From the sequence record PP496443.1: 64,000 nt of DNA. One strand, 5' to 3'. Of the stretch, positions 1 through 6,794 are shown piece by piece; within the stretch, counting starts at the first letter, position 1, and each line of letters starts with the position of its first letter. The position numbers and the translations under genes are program-made. Under the pieces are notes generated by a model. The model saw only the letters and a list, made by a program, of their open reading frames with translations. It was not told the origin of the DNA and ran no database searches.

Positions 1-117
1 ACCACGACGAAGTCTAGCTTCGACACTATCAAGGTCACGTGGGGTCACATGGCTGACCGTTACGAGTTCCGTCTTTTGCGAGTTATCCCGGAGGTGATCA
101 ATGCCGACTCCAACTGA
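1..117 (+). CDS. 3' end of a hypothetical protein (truncated by the window edge)
   Basis: Frame 1 is open from base 1 (TTTKSSFDTIKVTWGHMADRYEFRLLRVIPEVINADSN) to TGA at 115-117, overlapping the next ATG at 101. Confidence 0.5.
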   Translation, partial: TTTKSSFDTIKVTWGHMADRYEFRLLRVIPEVINADSN

Positions 118-385
118 ACAGACACTACCCACGGTCGCATCACTAGATGATATATCATCTAGTGGCACCTACCGGGTGGACTACACCATCGTTATGCAGA
201 TGAATTTCACCCCTGATTTCATGTCCCGCGTCAAGTTCATACGGGACATCATGGACTCGGAAACCAAGAAGCTGGTCTCTCAGCATGTGGGATTCGAAGA
301 CGGTAGCATCTTCACTCGTACCCACGGGGAAGATGGGGACTGGACGTATGGGCCGTGGGTGAAGGAGGTGTCAGATGTATCGTAG
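101..385 (+). CDS. Hypothetical protein resembling a stand-alone tail-fibre (pyocin-knob-like) domain
   Basis: GGAGGT RBS. TVASLDDISSSGTYRVDYTI...SQHV...IFTR...W..PW parallels the knob in the 1346 aa fibre (TVADVGTLTEGGTYQVSSTI...TQQI...MFQR...WSQW). Confidence 0.6.
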   Translation: MPTPTEQTLPTVASLDDISSSGTYRVDYTIVMQMNFTPDFMSRVKFIRDIMDSETKKLVSQHVGFEDGSIFTRTHGEDGDWTYGPWVKEVSDVS

Positions 386-545
386 CGCAGTGAAGTATAA
401 AGACCACGGCTATCTTGCTCCGGGTAGCCGTGCGTTCGAACTCTACCACGACAAGTCTGACAAAGGCCACAAGTTGCTGGATCAGCACATGGCCGAGGTG
501 GATGCAGCGTGGCGCAAACTGGAGGGGCGCAAGAATGGAAAATAA
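375..545 (+). CDS. Small hypothetical protein (56 aa, not in the ORF track)
   Basis: AAGGAGGTG RBS before ATG 375. Reads MYRSAVKYKDHGYLAPGSRAFELYHDKSDKGHKLLDQHMAEVDAAWRKLEGRKNGK and overlaps both neighbours in operon fashion. Confidence 0.7.
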   Translation: MYRSAVKYKDHGYLAPGSRAFELYHDKSDKGHKLLDQHMAEVDAAWRKLEGRKNGK

Positions 546-987
546 ATGGGTACTGGTCAAGTCCAGCCTGCTCACTTCATTGATGGTCATTATGATTATC
601 TCCGGGTACTACATGTTCACGGTCGGCCAGCACCGAAGCGAAAAGGTAATGCGTTACGCCTCAATGGTGGACACCAGCGCAGACTCCAGTCGTCACAAGT
701 CCAACTACTCGTACAACACGTCTGGTTACTTCCGCGACGAAGAGACCAACGCGTTCTTTCGCGACGACATCTCGGACAGGCTGTATCGGCAGTTCGAAGC
801 TGGAGGCAACAAGCCTATCCGCATGAGCTGGCCTTACAGCATAGACAAGCGTGAGCAGACCAGTTCAGGTGTCTTCTATATGATGGGTGGGGTGATGTTA
901 GAGGCCATCGCGATCATCATACTCATCCATCTGACCATGGTGGCGTGGGCCAAGCACGTACGGGAGCGCAAACCTGATGTGGATTGA
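535..987 (+). CDS. Hypothetical membrane protein (2 TM)
   Basis: Start reassigned to ATG 535 (GGAGGGG RBS). Hydrophobic segments near both termini. Confidence 0.75.
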   Translation: MENKWVLVKSSLLTSLMVIMIISGYYMFTVGQHRSEKVMRYASMVDTSADSSRHKSNYSYNTSGYFRDEETNAFFRDDISDRLYRQFEAGGNKPIRMSWPYSIDKREQTSSGVFYMMGGVMLEAIAIIILIHLTMVAWAKHVRERKPDVD

Positions 988-1360
988 TTACGTCTGGGGT
1001 TACAAGCTGTTTGGTGGCCTGTACGAAACAGTGCGGGTCAAGTTCCAAAGCGAAGAGATGGACAAACTGGATAACGTCTTCCTCAGTGAAACGGATGCCC
1101 GTAAAGCAGTCGAGACGTTGAACTACAAACGCATTCAAGGTGCCGTGACCTACTTGCACGCTCTCAATAAACTCGACACCGAGTCGGTTCAAGGCGAGCA
1201 GGCTGTGTACAACGTGACCGCAGGGTACGGTGAACCCGACGCGTGTATAGACGGTTACGAAGATAGGTTGTTGCTCCGAGCCAAGACGGCATGTCTGATT
1301 CGCTTTGACCGTCGCATCACTCAGAACTCACGCAACATTCCCTTTCCGGAGATCCTATGA
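977..1360 (+). CDS. Hypothetical protein
   Basis: 127 aa ORF overlapping both neighbours in the plus-strand operon. Confidence 0.75.
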   Translation: MWIDYVWGYKLFGGLYETVRVKFQSEEMDKLDNVFLSETDARKAVETLNYKRIQGAVTYLHALNKLDTESVQGEQAVYNVTAGYGEPDACIDGYEDRLLLRAKTACLIRFDRRITQNSRNIPFPEIL

Positions 1361-1896
1361 ACGTTAAAGAATTCAAGCGACCGGCTGACCACATCTGGCG
1401 TGGGCACGCTATAACCAAAGAGCAGTACCGTATCGTTATAGACGTCGCCTGCAAACGTTCCCGAGAGTTAAGTAGCGGCCCCGGACTTTCTGAAGAAGAG
1501 TTCAATGCCGCAGTAGAAATTGAACTACGGGCCAAAGGCTGCCCCGTGCCCGAAGGTAAAGGCGAATGGGAGTTGGAGCTTTCTCAAGAAGTATTGGACG
1601 CCCATGCCAACTCAGACGCTACGGATCGTCGTTGGTTGTCCGATCAGCATCGGGAGAACGGTAACTACGGAAACTTCTGCATCCACTGCAAATCTGAATT
1701 CATCGGTGGTAAGAATCGGTGCGTGTGCAAGCTCTGCCATGAAGCTTTACGGGAGATGAAGCAACGCCGGGACTTCGAGTTCCATGCCAAGGAGAACTTG
1801 GGGCTGAGTACTCACCGTCTTACTACTGGCGACTATCAATCATTCGGTGCCCAGATGGCTTGGGACACTTGGCAATACGTGAGGGCTCAGCAATGA
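1357..1896 (+). CDS. Hypothetical protein with Cys-rich (CxxC...CxxC) zinc-finger-like segment
   Basis: ENGNYGNFCIHCKSEFIGGKNRCVCKLCH; ATGA overlaps at both ends. Confidence 0.75.
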   Translation: MNVKEFKRPADHIWRGHAITKEQYRIVIDVACKRSRELSSGPGLSEEEFNAAVEIELRAKGCPVPEGKGEWELELSQEVLDAHANSDATDRRWLSDQHRENGNYGNFCIHCKSEFIGGKNRCVCKLCHEALREMKQRRDFEFHAKENLGLSTHRLTTGDYQSFGAQMAWDTWQYVRAQQ

Positions 1897-2297
1897 CCGA
1901 CAACAAAGATCCCGTAGTTGAAGACCGTGACTATCAACAGCCGGTCAACGTCGGCACCGTAGGTCACGTTGATAACCGGAACAGAGTAGGTATCCTCGGT
2001 GGTGGATCCTACCGCCGCAGTCTCGGGATGGTAGTACTGGCAATCGCTGCGGCCTCCGCTGGTGCGTTCTCAACTTCACTTCCGCCTACGGTAGAACGTG
2101 AGGTAGGGCCTTCCCGCCGACGTAAACCGGAACGCATGGTACCTCGGGTGCTGCCTAGACAATGGTACATGGATGAGGGTGGTCACCATAAGAAGACCCC
2201 GGTAACCGAGGACGATCATGCTGCCGTCTCCGCTGCCGAAGCCAAGCGCCAACGGAAAGCCAAGAAGCTTGCCGCCACCCAATCGAAGGAGTCCTGA
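1893..2297 (+). CDS. Hypothetical protein with an EF-Tu-like N-terminal peptide and a hydrophobic segment
   Basis: Start reassigned to ATG 1893 (ATGA overlap, GAGG RBS). Contains QPVNVGTVGHVD. Confidence 0.7.
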   Translation: MTDNKDPVVEDRDYQQPVNVGTVGHVDNRNRVGILGGGSYRRSLGMVVLAIAAASAGAFSTSLPPTVEREVGPSRRRKPERMVPRVLPRQWYMDEGGHHKKTPVTEDDHAAVSAAEAKRQRKAKKLAATQSKES

Positions 2298-2299
2298 TC

Positions 2300-2728
2300 A
2301 TGGCACCGCAAAAGAAAGCCAAGCCTGCACCCAAGAAGACAGTCCCCGGTCGAGACGATGGCAAGTTCGTCGCTCGGCTAGGCACCCTCCGTGATCTGGT
2401 TGCCGCACGGGCCAAGGAACAAGGCGTCAGCATGAACACGTGGCTGGTCAGCGCAGTGGCTCAGGTCCTTGGCGTGGAAAAGGATGAAGATGGTAATCAG
2501 TTGCTCCTGCCTCATCTTGGACAGACCCAGCCTCCGTTAGTACCCGGCATGACGGTACGCAACAAGAAGGCACCCTATCAGGTGTTCCAAATCAACACGT
2601 TCTCCATCAGCCGATCCGTTGAAGCCGCGAAGCAGGTGGATCAACGTCCGTTCATCAAGGTGTACGGTATCGATCTTAAAACCGGTAAGGGCGTCTCAGC
2701 GCAGTTGAACGACGTGCAGGTGGTGTAA
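2300..2728 (+). CDS. Ribbon-helix-helix (Arc/HicB-like) DNA-binding protein
   Basis: GKFVARLGTLRDLVAARAKEQGVSMNTWLVSAV has the RHH pattern (beta strand, helix, GxSxN, helix). Confidence 0.6.
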   Translation: MAPQKKAKPAPKKTVPGRDDGKFVARLGTLRDLVAARAKEQGVSMNTWLVSAVAQVLGVEKDEDGNQLLLPHLGQTQPPLVPGMTVRNKKAPYQVFQINTFSISRSVEAAKQVDQRPFIKVYGIDLKTGKGVSAQLNDVQVV

Positions 2729-2729
2729 C

Positions 2730-3002
2730 ATGGGTACTCGGGCAGATGCATATCGCCAGCTCAATAAAGAGATGAGCAGTATGGTGAACCGCCGCCAGCG
2801 TCTTGACCGAACCGTGGACCTCCTGCTGGACTCTATGGGTGTACCGGAAGACGATATCGATAAGATAATCGAAGACGTGCAGAAGTGCGACTTCCGGTCG
2901 CTGGGAAAGGTCCTTCAGGGGAAGTCTCCAGATAACCCGAATATCGAGTGGTGCCTGAAGACCCATCAAGACTACGACACTGTTCAGGTTGATAGATCCT
3001 AA
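2730..3002 (+). CDS. Hypothetical protein
   Basis: 90 aa ORF starting 1 nt after the previous stop. Confidence 0.7.
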   Translation: MGTRADAYRQLNKEMSSMVNRRQRLDRTVDLLLDSMGVPEDDIDKIIEDVQKCDFRSLGKVLQGKSPDNPNIEWCLKTHQDYDTVQVDRS

Positions 3003-3040
3003 TTACTGACTGATGATTCAACTCACTCAGGAAGATAGTT

Positions 3041-3721
3041 ATGACCATTTCGCTCTCGAATTTCGTTGTCACCACGCCGATGACCGCCAAGGTAGTTAAG
3101 GGAAAGAACATTGCCCTTACGGTCAAGGGTGACGAGGCATGCACCCGTTGCGCTGAGTTCATCTCGGTCAACGCCGACGGTGAACTCGACCTGGTTGCTC
3201 CGACCCATGGCGCAGCCACCGAGTCGGTACACAGAACCCGTACCGAGCTGATGGAAGCAGAGTACTGGTCGTTGGATTCTGCTGCCCACCACTGGCTGCG
3301 TCTGGCGATGACCGTCAAGTGCGTCAACCAAGGCGGACGAGTTGTTATCGGCCAGTGCCATGTGGAAGACAGCAACAACCCGCTGATCAAGATATTCTGG
3401 GACAAGGAGTCCATCAAGATCGGTTTCCGTGAAAAAGAAACCGAAGAGCCGGTTACCACCACGGTATGTCGCGGTGTAGAACTGGGACAGCGGTTCACTC
3501 TGGCACTGCACATCACCAAGGCGGGTAGCGTTTCCCTGACCGTATCCGTGGACGGCAAGAAGTACAACTTCACGGAGAAGATGGATCCAACGTGGAAAGA
3601 CTTCGAGTTCAACTTCCATGCCGGCCTGTACAACCAGCTGGACTACTCGGACAAGATCCCCACCACTGACTGCTCCCGTGCGACCATCCACACGCTGGAC
3701 GTAGACCACGACGCAGCCTAA
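3041..3721 (+). CDS. Polysaccharide lyase family 7 (alginate lyase-like)
   Basis: All three PL7 signature regions are present: RTELxE, VIGQCH (QxH), FHAGLYNQ. About 226 aa, beta-rich, no signal peptide. Confidence 0.8.
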   Translation: MTISLSNFVVTTPMTAKVVKGKNIALTVKGDEACTRCAEFISVNADGELDLVAPTHGAATESVHRTRTELMEAEYWSLDSAAHHWLRLAMTVKCVNQGGRVVIGQCHVEDSNNPLIKIFWDKESIKIGFREKETEEPVTTTVCRGVELGQRFTLALHITKAGSVSLTVSVDGKKYNFTEKMDPTWKDFEFNFHAGLYNQLDYSDKIPTTDCSRATIHTLDVDHDAA

Positions 3722-3819
3722 GCCCCACCAGCTGCCGCAGGTTGAATGATCCACTAGTGACATGGGCCATCGGTCCGGTTATCCACTAGCGTTCAGCCTG
3801 CGAGCGTATACGCGCCCAC

Positions 3820-3866
3820 AAAAAAGCCCCACCATCCGGTCAAGTGCCGAGTGAGTGGGGCTTTTT
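3820..3866. terminator. Bidirectional rho-independent terminator
   Basis: AAAAAAGCCCCAC...GTGGGGCTTTTT between convergent genes. Confidence 0.8.
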
Positions 3867-3870
3867 CGTC

Positions 3871-6717
3871 TTACATGGTTACCAGAGTTACGAAACGGTT
3901 GGACATTGCGCGAGCTGTCAACAGAGTTGCCAACAGTCCGGTGTCTGCCCGATACTTCAACACCACCTTGTACACTTTGCCCGGTGTCAGACCAGTCGCC
4001 ACGTATTCCCAAGAGCAAGTAGCGGCAGTCGCCGAGTAGCAGCTTCTGTCGTCACTGGCCGCGAGCACAACCGTAGCACCTTCGGTCATTGTAAAACTGA
4101 CCCGAGTACCTGCTGCACACTGAGCCCCGAAGGTCACCCGGATAATCCCGGACAGCCCACACGTTATCTGCGCAGTCGGCCCTACCGTGGTCAGATCCAC
4201 GAAGCCCACACTGAGAGTAGCCTCTGATGTGTTGAGCACAGCGTTGACCAGCGAGGTACTGTTCGGCGGAATGGCGTAGGTTCCATCTGCCTTGAGGAAC
4301 TTGCCGGTGTCAGCAATCTTCGGAGCCGGAACCAGACCATGCTTGCCGTCGGCAGTTGCAGTAGATCCCACCATGTCGGCCAGCCCGGCCAGTACGTTCG
4401 CCATGAAGGTGGAACTGTCCTTGACCGACATCAGGCTACGTCCGTAGTCCGTGGTCAGGAATGCCTTCACCGAACTCGCCAGTGCATCCCCCATGAGCAC
4501 AGCGTTCTCAGGAAGGGCCAACGCTGAGATGTTGCTAAGGACGGTAGCCTTGGCTTGATACCCCGACAAATCTGGGGGCGCTACGACGGGTTGCCCACCT
4601 TCCAGCTCCACCGTGGTTACCTTGATGGCGTTGTCCGGCAGTGTAGGTTCCGTTACCAGCCCATTGGTTTCCGTACCTTTGCGCAGCTTGAACGTACCCG
4701 TCGTGTCCGCGTAGATCAAATCAATCCGTTGCTGACTGGTACCTGCTGCGGCAATCGTGAACGTCACCGAGGTACCGTTGATGGTGTAGGTATTTCCTTT
4801 TATCCGCCACTGAATCTGAGTGCCGCTGCGCAGCGTCAGGGTCACGTTCAATCCCGTCTGTGTGACTTCCAGTGGGGTCAGCAATCCATCTGCCAGCCCG
4901 GCTTTCAACGCCAATGACTGCGTGATCGTATCCAGCGCCTGCTGAACCGTTTTGGAGATAGGCTTGTCCGTGTCCGGCGTGTTGTCTACCTTATCCAGTC
5001 CGATGTTTGTCCTCACCTGAACTTTCTGGGCGTCAGCCAAGGTCTGAGCATTATACCGAACCAGCTCGGTGATTCCCAGATTGGTACGTACCTGTGCACG
5101 CTGCTCCGCAGTGAACACCTGATCGGCATCATACCGGAGGAAGTACCCGGTCAGCAGATCACGCAGCGACGGGCTGTCACCCAACCCCAACATCTTCAGT
5201 CCGAAATCGCTGTAAGGTATGTTGACGTTGCTGCCGTCCAGCTTGAAGCCTAGAATCGTGGCGGGTGTTGTCCCCATTTTGGCGAGCGCATCCAGCACGT
5301 TACTCTTGGCTTGGAATCCCGACAGGTCCGGGGGCGTAACCATCGGCTGCGCACCCTCTACGTATACCGAGGTGATCCGAATAGTGCTGGCGGGTACAGC
5401 AGGTTCAACGGCAGTTACATTGGACTCCACGCCTTTGAGAACGTGCACAGTGCCGGTCGTATCCCCGTACAGGAGGTCGTATCGCTGCATGCCAACGCCC
5501 GACGCGTCCAAGACAAAGGATACTGAAGGTGTAGGGGACGTGTAGGTAACTCCGTCGATCCGCCATTGCAGGTTGCTGCCGTTGTCACTCGCCAAGCCAA
5601 TAAGCAGGCCATTGCTGCTGGTCGAGATTGGAGTCAGCAATCCATCCTGAAGGTCAGCCTTTCCGTCCAGCAAGGCGAGGATGTTGGACAACTGATGCAG
5701 GACCGAGGTGGGGATCGGTTTGTCGATGTCCGCTGTGTTATCTACCTTATCTAGATGCAAGTCAGCCAGTGTTACAGCACCTGTCAGTCCATTGATCGAT
5801 GCGACGACCAGGCTGTCCTTGAGCCGGTCCCACCCTTCCCCGTTGGAGATAATCCAATCCCCAATCTGCCAGTCCTTGTTGCCGTCGATACTGGTAGATC
5901 CCGCCACCTTGACGATGTAATACAGACCCTTGTTCGCTGTGCTAGCCTCAGGCATGGCTGGCAAGTTCTTATCCGCATCCCACGTCCCCGCGTACCGCAG
6001 GCTACCGAGGATGGATTCCGGAAGATAGGATAGGTCGATCTTACGATTGCTATCCAGTGGCACCAGCCCACCTGACTGACCCAGCAGAAGAGCGTCCAAC
6101 TTGGCGTCCAAAGCCATCTGTTGCGGTAGGGATACAGGCTTCTGAGAATCGGGGATATTGCTTACGTGTTCCAGGCCCACGGCGGCGGGGGTCAGCACAT
6201 CTAGCAGACGGTCGCCCCGAATGTACTGCCGGAAGGTACCCAACGGGATCAGGGAGCTGATATCTGGTGCTGTCACCTTACCCAAGTCCGCGAGGGTTCC
6301 GTCGGTGTACATCACCATCAGGTTACCCGCAGCATTGATCATCGATGTGGAGATACCCCGTCCGGCAGACCCTTTGACCGTGCCCGCATACTCCTGATCC
6401 CCGTTGGCATAGGTGATCAACAAGCGACCGTCAGAAGTCACCTGAGTTTTCTGTACCACCTTACCCGTGGTATCACTACCGGCATCCGAGGTGAGTTGAT
6501 CCTGTGCTGTCAGGAAGGCCTCGTAGCTGGTCATCAAAGAAGGACGTGAGCAGATCAACAGATTACGGTTGACCAACTTGGCGAGTTCTTTCCAGTTCTT
6601 GTCAACAACTGCTAAAGACACGTAGTACCACTCGTCTACGCGCATGCGTTTTCCATTGACCTGTACGTCTTGCTTCACATTCGGAAATTTCCGGAAGCCT
6701 ACTAATACGTTATCCAT
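3871..6717 (-). CDS. Fibre/appendage-like virion protein with an internal ~160 aa duplication
   Basis: LDKVDNTxDxDKPI fibre-shaft motifs twice and FTAEQRAQVRTNLG repeats. Start at ATG 6717 (AGGTG RBS). Confidence 0.7.
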   Translation of the reverse strand: MDNVLVGFRKFPNVKQDVQVNGKRMRVDEWYYVSLAVVDKNWKELAKLVNRNLLICSRPSLMTSYEAFLTAQDQLTSDAGSDTTGKVVQKTQVTSDGRLLITYANGDQEYAGTVKGSAGRGISTSMINAAGNLMVMYTDGTLADLGKVTAPDISSLIPLGTFRQYIRGDRLLDVLTPAAVGLEHVSNIPDSQKPVSLPQQMALDAKLDALLLGQSGGLVPLDSNRKIDLSYLPESILGSLRYAGTWDADKNLPAMPEASTANKGLYYIVKVAGSTSIDGNKDWQIGDWIISNGEGWDRLKDSLVVASINGLTGAVTLADLHLDKVDNTADIDKPIPTSVLHQLSNILALLDGKADLQDGLLTPISTSSNGLLIGLASDNGSNLQWRIDGVTYTSPTPSVSFVLDASGVGMQRYDLLYGDTTGTVHVLKGVESNVTAVEPAVPASTIRITSVYVEGAQPMVTPPDLSGFQAKSNVLDALAKMGTTPATILGFKLDGSNVNIPYSDFGLKMLGLGDSPSLRDLLTGYFLRYDADQVFTAEQRAQVRTNLGITELVRYNAQTLADAQKVQVRTNIGLDKVDNTPDTDKPISKTVQQALDTITQSLALKAGLADGLLTPLEVTQTGLNVTLTLRSGTQIQWRIKGNTYTINGTSVTFTIAAAGTSQQRIDLIYADTTGTFKLRKGTETNGLVTEPTLPDNAIKVTTVELEGGQPVVAPPDLSGYQAKATVLSNISALALPENAVLMGDALASSVKAFLTTDYGRSLMSVKDSSTFMANVLAGLADMVGSTATADGKHGLVPAPKIADTGKFLKADGTYAIPPNSTSLVNAVLNTSEATLSVGFVDLTTVGPTAQITCGLSGIIRVTFGAQCAAGTRVSFTMTEGATVVLAASDDRSCYSATAATCSWEYVATGLTPGKVYKVVLKYRADTGLLATLLTARAMSNRFVTLVTM
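4530..5754 (-). repeat. Intragenic protein-level duplication (two ~160 aa modules, approx. 5754-5280 and 5000-4530)
   Basis: LDKVDNTADIDKPI...DGLLTP...QWRIDG...RYDLLYGDTTG...PPDLSGFQAK versus LDKVDNTPDTDKPI...DGLLTP...QWRIKG...RIDLIYADTTG...PPDLSGYQAK. Confidence 0.85.
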
Positions 6718-6744
6718 TATACGCACCTATAACCGGATTGAAGA

Positions 6745-6778
6745 TAAAAAACGGGGAACCAGTTTAAGGGTTCCCCGT
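6745..6778 (-). terminator. Rho-independent terminator
   Basis: 10-bp stem ACGGGGAACC/GGTTCCCCGT followed by a T-tract on the minus strand. Confidence 0.8.
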
Positions 6779-6794
6779 GGGACTCAGATTAAGG

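Noticed and set aside
415-534. N-terminal 40 codons of tracked ORF 415..987
   Set aside because: They overlap the better-supported 375..545 gene; the RBS favours ATG 535.
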